A stretch of 64,000 bases of DNA from Sporopachydermia quercuum (GCA_001599295.1 BCGN01000010.1:1-64000); one strand, 5' to 3'. Counted from the stretch's first letter, positions 10,701 through 19,867 are shown. Program-made: numbers and translations. The notes: generated by a model from the sequence alone, not told the origin.

Positions 10701-11941
10701 GGCATAATCTTCCCGACATAAAGGTTAGCATCGGTGATGGTTAGTGGTCCTCCTTTACGGTAGCACGCGGGACCAGGATGGGCGGAAGCGGATTCCGGAC
10801 CCACCTTGAACACTCCGTTATCGTAGCTAAGGATTGAACCTCCCCCAGCCGCTACAGTGTTGATGTCAAGCTGGGGAACGGCAATCTCCACTCCAGCAGT
10901 AATACCGTGCAAGACGTAGTCGTAGTGTCCATCGTAACGGGAAACATCAGTAGAAGTACCACCCATATCAAAGCCAATAATTGGAGTTTTCTCCCTATGA
11001 TCATAACAGGTGCTGGCCTCGCCAACTACCCCGCCAGCTGGACCAGACAAAAGAGCCTTCAAGCCAGAAAACTCCGTCCAGGGTGCGAGCCCGCCATCAG
11101 ACTGCATGAACTCAACTCTCGTAGTTTGGTCAAATCCAGTAATGAAACCAGATCTAAATGATTCAATGTATCGTTTGATGATGGGAGTAAGATAGGCATC
11201 AACAACAACAGATTGGGCTCGGGGAATCGCCTTGATTGTAGGCATAAGCTCGTGGGAAGCAATGACAAACTCGAATCCCTGTTCCAAAGCCACTTCTTTC
11301 ACTTTTGCTTCGTGCACAGTATAATTATAACCATGAATAAGGCAGATTCCAAGCGATTCAATACCCTTAGCTTTCAAATCGGCTAGCTTAGTTCTTATAT
11401 CATCCACGTCAAGAGGAGTTATGACCCGGAACGTCTGTTTAGTATTTCCTCGTACATAACGAACTGGGTCTTTCTCGACGTAGAAATCGTAGGATATTTG
11501 ATCTGGATCCTCGCTATAGCCGGCACAAGTGACTCTTTCAATCACTTCGACCACTTCTTCGTAAATCACATCCGGTTTCACGATGTTCATGGCGAAAAGG
11601 TCCGGCCGGGTTTGATCGCCAATGGCAAGAAGATCTTTGAATCCTGCAGTCGTAAGAAGGGCACATCGGGCGCCTTTCCGTTCTAGCAAGGCGTTAGTGG
11701 CCACGGTAGTTCCCAGCCGAATGGAAGCTATGGGAGAGGTGTCTAAAAGGGAGTCTTTCGGTATTGAAGTCCTGTTTATTTTCTCCAGGACTCTTCTGAT
11801 GGCCTCAATATTGGCATCGCGATAATTACTGGGATCTACCGACAGAATCTTGAACACATAGTCCTCTTGGCCAGGAATGACCGCCAGGACATCTGTGAAT
11901 GTTCCACCTCGATCTATGGCAATAGTGACTCCAGATACCAT
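7760..11941 (-). CDS. OXP1: ATP-dependent 5-oxoprolinase-like enzyme (hydantoinase A+B fusion), divergent Oxp1 homolog
   Basis: IAIDRGGTFTD, RLGTTVATNALLERKG, LLSGPAGGVVG, FDMGGTSTDVSR, NIKERLDFSCALF, NAPHVPVHLGSM, HMTNTKITDPE, TPGGGGYG. ATG at 11941. Confidence 0.93.
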   Translation of the reverse strand: MVSGVTIAIDRGGTFTDVLAVIPGQEDYVFKILSVDPSNYRDANIEAIRRVLEKINRTSIPKDSLLDTSPIASIRLGTTVATNALLERKGARCALLTTAGFKDLLAIGDQTRPDLFAMNIVKPDVIYEEVVEVIERVTCAGYSEDPDQISYDFYVEKDPVRYVRGNTKQTFRVITPLDVDDIRTKLADLKAKGIESLGICLIHGYNYTVHEAKVKEVALEQGFEFVIASHELMPTIKAIPRAQSVVVDAYLTPIIKRYIESFRSGFITGFDQTTRVEFMQSDGGLAPWTEFSGLKALLSGPAGGVVGEASTCYDHREKTPIIGFDMGGTSTDVSRYDGHYDYVLHGITAGVEIAVPQLDINTVAAGGGSILSYDNGVFKVGPESASAHPGPACYRKGGPLTITDANLYVGKIMPEFFPSIFGKNEDQPLDYDIVDTKFQELTDRINKDNPGNYKTSYEVALGYLKVANYSMAKPIRAITEAKGYNMCKHNLASFGGAGGQNCVDVATILGMSRVIIHRYSSILSAYGIGLADIVKEGMSPCDEVYSEATRDQLLKLCAVKEENLVQQLVLQGVDLNTINADYYFNMGYRGSETKLMVLRNVEKDFIDLFNETHLREFSFIDPKRDVLVHDIRVRVTGNTGKLSERSPYEDLETVSIRTVGKGIKDMKVQPVWFPLKGSEKGQLCETYVYKIDALAVGDKVDGPAILLDSTQTIVVNPGWQAIVLPRHIVLDGTAMEAAATVAGMAIVTCETTSEDLPLASAPISASASEAGETSSLSSDPESLYVTESSQSSLDILSLSNTDAVSISLVVDPILLAVFQNRFMAIAEAMGITLQKIAISANIKERLDFSCALFDGDGNLTANAPHVPVHLGSMSHCIKYAKAHWEHDLHPGDILASNHPRAGGTHLPDITLISPVFIDGYLRFFTASRAHHAEIGGSAPGSCAADATELYQEGAQFKHWKIVSNGLFDYDGVNKFFVEDPAQYPGCSGTRNLNDNLSDLKAQIAANQKGVNLVKDLFQEYGTATVLFYMSNMKSTAELAVRKFLKHTAKQHRGKLPLRAREILDDGSVIQVTIQIDEETGEAIFDFEGSSDEAFSPCNAPIAITHACVIYSLRLMLAQDIPLNEGCLVPVKVIVPEGSILNPSEHAAVSAANSITAQRLNDTILKAFGLCAASTGSNNTITFGKGGIDPITKKMKPGFAMVETIGGGSGASRGHHGWSGVQCHMTNTKITDPEVLEKRYPVLLREFSLRTNSGGKGKWNGGDGLLRLYEFDEELSITLRSQRRVNCPYGLYGGGPGAMGENKLGRVKNGKVRWIHLPGFAQFMVKKGEMICIATPGGGGYGEDEKARKEREENMFDDYDEFNIATISNYSCYAVQPLAGGSFAAREVLANTSQ

Positions 11942-12362
11942 GATTTGTAACGATGAATGGAATAACAAAGCTGAGATAGAAGATACGAGCTGAGATAGTA
12001 AGCCGAATTAAACAATCCACAGTTCAACAATGAGTAAAACTGGATTCATTCTTGTCATTTTTTTCCCTTTCACTGATCATCAAAGAAAAGCGGCCATGGG
12101 ATGAGGCCTAGGGAGTCTTTTAATATCATGGGGCAACCATTGAAAACCAGATTCGATTACAAGCTTCATACATGGTTGAGATTTAGCTTGTTTGCGGATA
12201 GGAACCACAGACCGTTGTATTATTCCCACATTACTACATATAATGTTGGGGTCATTGCTTTTATGGCTTGAAGAGTCCGTTCAAGGATGGTCGGCCGGTC
12301 CGCTTGCTGGAAGCATCATTTGGGTGAAAATCAGACCAGTGGTTACATACAAAAATCAAACA

Positions 12363-12582
12363 TGTCGGGAGCATCCGACAGCCTCGAAACTTCAATCTGT
12401 TTAAGGTTAAGGTTATTTTTTAAGTGTTTATGCTGTTGTCTTACATGCGCTCTGTCAAGGACCTTCAAAGCTTATCAAGCTGCTTCAAACTCGTTGCTTA
12501 GTCTGATATCAGCAAGTAATGTTTTTATGGAATTTATTTCATGTTGGTGAAAGAGCGTTTTACCACTTGTAAAGGTGTCGGA
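12363..12582. promoter_or_regulatory. Oxoprolinase promoter module: inverted repeat TGTCGG-GAGCAT-CCGACA (CGG-N6-CCG), TTAAGGTTAAGGTTA, GATAAG, extra TGTCGGA half site
   Basis: Motifs at 12363-12380, 12401-12415, 12471-12476 and 12576-12582. Confidence 0.65.
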
Positions 12583-14384
12583 GGCGAAACTGAAAGTGGA
12601 ACCGCTGGAAGGACAATTAGGTTGTTACTGCAAGCAGTGCATGAAGTCTCTATAGTCTGCAGAAAGGGAAAATCACTAGAACTTTGATTAGAGTCTAAGA
12701 AAGGGTATTCTGGAATGCTTCGCTAAGAGCATGGCTGTGCGTTACTTGTTTATTGACAGTTAATTGATACGAGGTTGATTCATTTATGTAAAATAGCTCA
12801 AACTAAAGTAGGATTACACTATTCGAGTATCTAATAAATAGCTTAATGTAACTCAAATCGAACAATGTAATATTAACAATGCATTGAGATTACGAGTCAG
12901 CCTTTCTGGATTAAAATTGAGTTCTACTATAAATTAAAGTTAGTAATTTAGAGAAAAACTACATAATGTAGACAGATTGAACTTCAATGATGATTCAACA
13001 ATATGAGCAACTGTTATAGTAAAGACTACGGGTTATGCTTGAATAGATTCTGATTTCAACTAGAAGCCAAGTCTAGTTTCACAGCTTAGTATTTAATGAA
13101 CCACCTTCTGCTATAAGAAAAAATAATTTCAGGTTATGTCATTCAATTCACACTATCTGATTTGAATGGGAGAATTAGGTTTCCATGCTGAGTAGAAATT
13201 CTTGAAAAAGAAGTTGCATGAACTTAATTGCATTAGCGATCAAAAGATCAAATGGTGCTTAGAAAACAACAAAAGTGGACTACCTATATGGTTGTTCTTA
13301 GATCAGTGGAAAGCCCCAGTTAAAAAAAAAAAGTAATTGGGGTTGGAATTTGGGGAATCAAACTAATAGACAGGACCGACACTTGGTAAAGAAAGAAAGA
13401 CTAATCGTCATTATTTATTAAATAGGTACTGTATATAGTAACAGTTCAATGTAATATACAAGCCTAGTATGATGATACAATCGTTATGATTTGCATCTAG
13501 TAGTCTCATTTGGAGTGTACTATGTCTTATAAACCTACATTAATTCTCTCCAACTTCTACATAGTATTGAGTATCGTTTGACACTGACTTTCAGCTACTC
13601 CTAAGTTAAACCATTGTATGCGGTACCTTATTTTGGAGGTACTGAACAGCCAAAATCATCGAAATATCATTACCCGATGATGATAATGAACTGAAGAGAT
13701 ATCCAAGCATCTCACTTGAAGTTTGGGAAAAGAATTACATCTATTTATTCAAAGGGATAATACGCTCCAAGGAGTGATAATCAAAAAGTACGATGCTCTC
13801 ATTCCTTTCTCGATCATGAATAAAGTGAGTGCATCAAAATCTGTCAAGAGCACTGCTTGTTTAACAGCTGCCCTAGGATGAGATGGAGATGCTCAGAATA
13901 CAGGGAAAAGCCTCTATGAGAATTAGCAATATGCTTATTCTCATATGGTGACACTCTACTTACACTTCAGTTGTCAATGATCTTTCTTGCCAGGGTATCG
14001 GTTCTTGCTAAAGAGTCCCAGTATAATTTGAAGAATTAACCCAGGTGGTATTAGAAGGTGATTACTCCTATTTACGAAATACAACTATTTGTGAATCATT
14101 GAAAAACCATAAGTAGTACCATATAGACGTATTTTTATACCATGCAGCGTCAAGAATACGAAATCGAAGCTTCGTCATCCTACAACAAAAGCAATGCAGA
14201 GCTCAAATAAAACGGGACACAGTCCTCCAAAAAAAATAGAATTATCGTAAACGACTATCCGAAAATCAATATCGATAAGAATAAAATAGACAAAAAGAAA
14301 TACATAAAATAGACACTAATATTTAGGTACAATACTCAAGCAGCAGCTCAGTAGCCGCTCGTTGAAGACTGGAGATTCAACAGA

Positions 14385-15962
14385 TCACCAAACATATCTG
14401 AAATCAATGTTCTGTCTGTCGGTCAGGTCGAAAAACTCAGAGTTTTCCACCTTCACATATTCTCCATTTTGTTTCATCTTCTCAACCAGGGCATCCTTCT
14501 TCTTGTTTTCCCAAATGTTGTAGAAGGTCAAACCGACCAACAAGGCCAAACATCCGCTATAGAAAACAGGTACACAGATTTTGGCCGTCTTATAACTTGG
14601 GGCTTCGGAAGTGATGAAAGTTTGTGGTCCAACCGCAGATCCCACGCAGAATCCAACTAAATACATAGCATTGCACACAACTTTCTTGGTTCGGCCTGCA
14701 ACATTAGTTGATAAACCTGCCAAAGCTGTGATCATTGTTACAGGAGAAAAGCCAATCAAATAGAAGCCAGCAAGTTGAGCGTTCTTGTTTGAAGTAGCAA
14801 AGGATAACATACAACCAGCCATCAAAGTAACACACATTCCGAAAATCGACAAAATCATAGGATGTTTGATAAGCTTGTAGTAATTAAGAACTCCTAGTAA
14901 TCCTAGTCCGCAGAACTGAACAACACCCATTGGTGCCTTCATGATCAACGCTTTACCTACGTCGTATTTGAACGTTGTGTTCAAGAGAATTGCAGCGTAA
15001 GCAGTGATTCCAGAATTAGGAATATCCACGCAAATAGCAAGCATGAAATAAAACCAAGCTCTTGGCTCCAAAATTGCTTCCTTTGCTTGTTGCCATTTCC
15101 ATTTCTTAGAACCGTATCCTTGTTGATTGTCTCTGATCCGTTCAACTGCAAGCTTCTTTTCCCGGTCAGTGTACCACCAAGCTTTACTGGGAATATCGGG
15201 AATGAAGATCACCATGAGAAGAGCAAGGAAACAGGTGGCACATCCCAGAATTAAATAAAGAGCTCTCCAAGCCTTCAAGGCAAAATTTTCTTGATTCTTG
15301 TAAATGCCGTAAGCCATGCATGAACCAATGATATTAGCCAAACCAGTGAAACAGAAGTAGAAACAGGTTCTGCTAAACTGTTCGTCCTTATGGTAGAAAT
15401 TGTTACAAATTAGAGACAACCCTGTCAATAAAGGAGCCTCGAAAATACCCAGGAAAATACGACTGGCAAGTAAACTGCCATAGTTGAAAGTGGCAGCGTG
15501 AAGAGCGAGAACTAAACCCCACATAAACACGTAGAAACTAACCATTTTTGATAGTGGAAGCTTTTGTAGAGTCCAACTTCCAGGGAAAGCCCAAACAAGA
15601 TAACCAATAAAAAACAGAGTGGTAAGCAAACTGTACATTTGACCATGCATGGGACCATCGTCTACTTGAATACCCATGATTGCGGTATAAGATAATGCTG
15701 ATTTATCGAGAAATTGGAAGCCATAAGCAGAACAAACCAAAGGCAAAACAATGAGATCACACTTATTTCTCATTTTGATATTGGTTTCAGGATCAAGAAC
15801 TTCGTGGTTATCAGAAACATACTGAATAGCCATGTCAGTACTTTTTAAGGCCAGTATAGGAATGCTCCGATCGTCTGAAGATGGGACTTCGCTGGATGAA
15901 ACTGCTTCGATGTCCTTCACCATAATTTCGACATTTTCTTTTTTTTCAGAGATAGCCGACAT
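14385..15962 (-). CDS. MFS anion:cation symporter, allantoate/dipeptide permease (Dal5-like) family
   Basis: About 12 hydrophobic segments; FQFLDKSALSY, RIFLGIFEA, PDIPSKAWW, NVAGRTKK, GPQTF, and C-terminal DLTDRQNIDFRY typical of the Dal5 family. Confidence 0.92.
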   Translation of the reverse strand: MSAISEKKENVEIMVKDIEAVSSSEVPSSDDRSIPILALKSTDMAIQYVSDNHEVLDPETNIKMRNKCDLIVLPLVCSAYGFQFLDKSALSYTAIMGIQVDDGPMHGQMYSLLTTLFFIGYLVWAFPGSWTLQKLPLSKMVSFYVFMWGLVLALHAATFNYGSLLASRIFLGIFEAPLLTGLSLICNNFYHKDEQFSRTCFYFCFTGLANIIGSCMAYGIYKNQENFALKAWRALYLILGCATCFLALLMVIFIPDIPSKAWWYTDREKKLAVERIRDNQQGYGSKKWKWQQAKEAILEPRAWFYFMLAICVDIPNSGITAYAAILLNTTFKYDVGKALIMKAPMGVVQFCGLGLLGVLNYYKLIKHPMILSIFGMCVTLMAGCMLSFATSNKNAQLAGFYLIGFSPVTMITALAGLSTNVAGRTKKVVCNAMYLVGFCVGSAVGPQTFITSEAPSYKTAKICVPVFYSGCLALLVGLTFYNIWENKKKDALVEKMKQNGEYVKVENSEFFDLTDRQNIDFRYVW

Positions 15963-16593
15963 TGTTTCTTTCTTTTTTATTCATTACAATGTTATTATGC
16001 ACTTGGGGCGAATTGTCTTACTGCTAATGACTGACTGTGAACATGCCTATAGGTTAAAGAGAATTGTAAAATCAAACTACAACTGGACGAACACCAAGAA
16101 AAACAGGTGGATAGCTTTTCAAATAAATATGGGGAAATCAAACTAGGATTATACTTTGATGAGTCGTTGATAGAACAGAAGCAAGTTCTAGTGCTGAGTA
16201 GATTAACTAGGAATTGTATAATTCACTAGTGCAGTCAAGAGAGTGACATACAGCACAGTTAGTAGTAGTTTCCCTAGTTATTTGATTCTATCATCAAAAC
16301 GACGCTTGATAAGCATCATGTTTCTGAAGTAGGGAATGAAAGTCTGTTATCTGAGATATATGTGGAGATATTGTTTTCCTGCCGTTCTATCGGTTGAGAT
16401 TCTTTTAATCACCACTGAAGCTAACCCAGCTTTGCTGATTTTCGGGTTCAACAGTAGCAGAGAAGCGATCAGTATCGGGCTTCAGCGAAAGATATGAACT
16501 GAAACACAACATTGTTTTCAGAAATTTGTAGCTTTCAGCTATTTGAATCATTTTCGTAGGTATACATTAGAGATGAATCGTTAATCGTTGAGG

Positions 16594-16702
16594 CGGGATA
16601 TCCGACAGGAAAACGATCATGTCGGAGAGATTAGATTGGATCTTATCTGGATTGGGAAGTAGGAAAAGCAGGTACAGGATTCTCTTTAACCTTAACCTTA
16701 AC
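16594..16702. promoter_or_regulatory. Permease promoter module: CGG-GATAT-CCGACA, TGTCGGA, GATAAG, inverted (TAAGGT)n motif TTAACCTTAACCTTAAC
   Basis: Motifs at 16594-16607, 16620-16626, 16642-16647 and 16686-16702. Confidence 0.6.
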
Positions 16703-17702
16703 TGTAATCATAAGTATATTGGTTTGGAAGGATTTCCAGGATATAGAGAAAGGGCTTTGATTAATATGATGTTTATTGTTTGATTGTTATACAACGTAAT
16801 ATAGTGCTAAGTGTGTAGTATTGAAGAGTGACGTATTGCAAGTTGCGATGTTAGTTCCATTTTCTGTTTAATTGATGCTTATCTTATATGGTATTGCTTT
16901 ATGGAGAATTTAACTGTCCCCAAAGATTGTATGGAAGTCCATTTATGCAGGGAAGAGAAGAGTAGGTGGTTATTTAATGAAATTGCATTAGCTGATTGGA
17001 TGAGATGAAGAAAGGAATACTGCAAGAAAATATTATGTAGTTCAGAAGCATGGCAATGATTGTTTGAAGATTAATAGTTGTAGTCTTCAAAAAAACTATT
17101 TGATTATCACTTAATCGGCTCAGTTCGTCAGTATAAGCGAACAGCTAATAACTGATTGGAAAGACGCACCATTTTCTCGTTCTACTCCTATTACCAATTA
17201 TTATTTGATATTAATTATTGGTCGTATGTTATCATATGTCAGAAGCATGTTGATTTTTGTTTCATGGTTGCGTCGTAATGACTGAATAATTGACTTCCAT
17301 ACTACCTCGTTCAATCCCAATAAACTACTAGATCTCTCTCTTTTTCTCCTATGTTCAACTATTTGCACGAAGTTTTTATTACTTACAACAACTCTACTAG
17401 ACCTTCAATTGCTCCATCACTGTGGGACATGCATACTAAGGAGTCTGAGATATAGCAACTCTTATGCTAGTGCTGATAAGGCATGGATACTGACGGTCAC
17501 CACCAACGGTCACCAGCAAAATTTGTACTTGTGAAGGTATACACTTTCTGTGGGAGGATCTTCTACATTCAGGATCTCTAGGACGACATTTGAGAGTTTC
17601 TCCATATGAGATTTCCTTCGTTTTATACCTTTCTTCACGCCTATTTGTTATCTCCCGCGGTATCGTCGAGTACGCAATCTTCATTTGCTAAGGAAATGTC
17701 AA

Positions 17703-17910
17703 TCACGTGATAACATTGGACCTGTTTGTCCACTTACGAACTATGTCCTCCTGTGATTAAAGAATTTGTGTCACGCCCACTGAAACAAGCTCTGAAAAAA
17801 TCTCTGTGTCACTTGGACACTGTCATCTCTTCATGGCTTACTATTTAAAACCCAATACCCATACTTTTTCTCCTACTTCGTTCTTTTTCTTTTTCACAAT
17901 TAATATATAA
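17703..17910 (+). promoter_or_regulatory. Yeast-type promoter of the ABC-F gene: TCACGTGA E-box (Cbf1-type), pyrimidine tract, TATATAA
   Basis: TCACGTGA at 17703-17710, T-rich tract ~17865-17895, TATATAA at 17904-17910, about 200 bp before the ATG. Confidence 0.5.
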
Positions 17911-18103
17911 GGAAAAATCCTTTTGATCGCTAACTGAAGAACATTGTAAAGGAGATTCTATAAGTAATAGAGCACTTCCTAGTTATATTTGACATCTACT
18001 CATCTAGACATCGCTAGCAATTGACTGCGTAGTTTAGAGTAAGTGTTAGCTTAAGGTGTCATCAAGAAAGCTCTTTAGAGAATCGACATTATCGTCACAT
18101 TTT

Positions 18104-19867
18104 ATGCAAAGTAGAGAGAAAGGAAAGTCAAACAGGAAACCAAAGCATAAACAAAGTGACTCAAATGATGAACGAGAAGCTAAGCACCACGCCAATGGTT
18201 ATGGCATCTACTACCGAGAAGTAGTCACTGGAGAATCTCCAGAGATCGCTGTTGAGAAACTGGATTTATCATTAGATGGAAAGACCTTGTTTGAGGAACT
18301 CGATTTTGGCTTATTATTGGGTGAGAAGGTTACAATTGTTGGTGAGAATGGAGCTGGTAAAACAACGTTCTTCAAGCTTTTAAGTGGAGTAGGTAATTAT
18401 CATTATTCTGGTACTATTGAGATTGAAGGAAGAATCGGATTTCTCCCTCAGCATTTCGAAGATGTTGACGGTGATGGATTGAATATCAATGTATTATTGA
18501 GGTGTATTCATGACCCTAAAATCAATGAGTTTTTAGAACGCTCTTTGGTACCATTCTCTGCAGAATGGCTGCAGGAACTGAACTCTCTTGGTGGTTATGA
18601 GATTTTCAAACAGGTGAATCTTATTGGAATGAATTATGATCTACTTAGGAAACCTTTTAAATTGTTAAGCGGAGGAGAGAAGACAAAGACGTTATTATGT
18701 GCTCTTTATATTCTTGATCCTGACATCATTTTGTTGGATGAACCTACCAATCATCTTGATTCAAAAGGAATTGAATGGTTGGAAAGCTATTTGAAGAAGT
18801 ATAACGGTGGTATTATAATGGTGACCCATGATCGAAGTCTGATTAATGCTGTTTCTAATCGTATCTCTGAGCTTTCCCCTTATACAAAAAAATTCACTCA
18901 TTTCAGGGGTGGGTATAAGAATTATCTAGAGGAAGAAGAGAAAAGGAGAAGAAGATTAGCAGAAGAACGTCAACTTCAAGAGAAAGAATTAAAGAAGTTG
19001 AAACAAAAGTCTACCGAAACGAAGAGTAAAGTCCGAGGCAGAATCATCAGATCAGGTACGGATAGAGAGAAGGCACAATATAATCTCAAAGAACAAGCAG
19101 CTCAGAAGTCTAGTTCAAGAATTATCAACCAGTTAGCTGACAAGGTAGAACAGCTGTCTGACAACTTGGTTGAAGTGATCCCTGAAAGAACTCAAATCAC
19201 ATTTGATTTCTTTGATATCCCCGTTTCTAATCTTGCTCTTCTTTCACTTGTGGTGAACAATGTCTCGAAATCGTTCAAAGAACCCTTATTCAAGAATGTT
19301 TCTTTCACATTGGGCTCAGGTGATAGACTTATAGTTCAAGGTCCAAACGGTTCTGGTAAAAGTACTTTAATGAANATCATCATGAATCGGATTGACCCAG
19401 ATGAAGGTTCGGTGGGAATGAGTAATTATGCCAGGATTGGTTATTTGGATCAAGAGCAAGAAAACTTACCTTTGGATAAATCACCAGTGGCTTTACTGCA
19501 GGAAGATCCGTTGATCAAAGCTACAAAGCAATCGGCTATCAAAAATTTACGTAACTTTGGAATTTATACTTGGCATGATTTGAAAAGTGCTATGAAGATT
19601 TTGAGTGTTGGTTGTCGTCGTAAAGCTCAGTTATGTCAAATTGTTATGCGAAAGTGTTTGATCATTCTTTTAGATGAGCCAACGAATCATATTGATTTCC
19701 CAAGTCTAGAAGCTGTTGAAGAGGCTTTGTTGAGTTTCCCTGGTATTATTATTGCAGCAACTCACGATAGATACTTTACGGAAAAAGTGGGCACAAGGGT
19801 ATTGAATCTTTCCGATTTTAAACCAGATAGCCAACACGAAGACACTGGGACTTTGTCTGATGCTTAG
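18104..19867 (+). CDS. Bacterial-type ABC-F family ATPase (twin ABC domains, no TM segments; ribosome-associated/ARE-like), candidate horizontal transfer
   Basis: GENGAGKTT...LSGGE...LLDEPTNHLD...VTHDR; charged coiled linker; GPNGSGKST...LSVGC...LLDEPTNHID...ATHDR. No Gcn20/New1/eEF3-type extra domains. First ATG at 18104; one ambiguous base at 19375. Confidence 0.9.
   Translation: MQSREKGKSNRKPKHKQSDSNDEREAKHHANGYGIYYREVVTGESPEIAVEKLDLSLDGKTLFEELDFGLLLGEKVTIVGENGAGKTTFFKLLSGVGNYHYSGTIEIEGRIGFLPQHFEDVDGDGLNINVLLRCIHDPKINEFLERSLVPFSAEWLQELNSLGGYEIFKQVNLIGMNYDLLRKPFKLLSGGEKTKTLLCALYILDPDIILLDEPTNHLDSKGIEWLESYLKKYNGGIIMVTHDRSLINAVSNRISELSPYTKKFTHFRGGYKNYLEEEEKRRRRLAEERQLQEKELKKLKQKSTETKSKVRGRIIRSGTDREKAQYNLKEQAAQKSSSRIINQLADKVEQLSDNLVEVIPERTQITFDFFDIPVSNLALLSLVVNNVSKSFKEPLFKNVSFTLGSGDRLIVQGPNGSGKSTLMXIIMNRIDPDEGSVGMSNYARIGYLDQEQENLPLDKSPVALLQEDPLIKATKQSAIKNLRNFGIYTWHDLKSAMKILSVGCRRKAQLCQIVMRKCLIILLDEPTNHIDFPSLEAVEEALLSFPGIIIAATHDRYFTEKVGTRVLNLSDFKPDSQHEDTGTLSDA

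Noticed and set aside
11021..11035. CCAACTACC as a possible telomerase RNA template
   Set aside because: Shorter than one repeat unit and inside the oxoprolinase CDS.
13600..14150. Coding-like stretch between the oxoprolinase and the permease
   Set aside because: Only short frames, and no family could be recognised.
17940..17960. AAGGAG Shine-Dalgarno-like word or bacterial attenuator upstream of the ABC-F
   Set aside because: No properly spaced start codon, leader peptide or hairpin recognised; the promoter looks yeast-like.
18165..18227. Out-of-frame mini-ORF (MMNEKLSTTPMVMASTTEK) in the ABC-F 5' region
   Set aside because: It lies downstream of the main ATG at 18104, so it is not a leader peptide.
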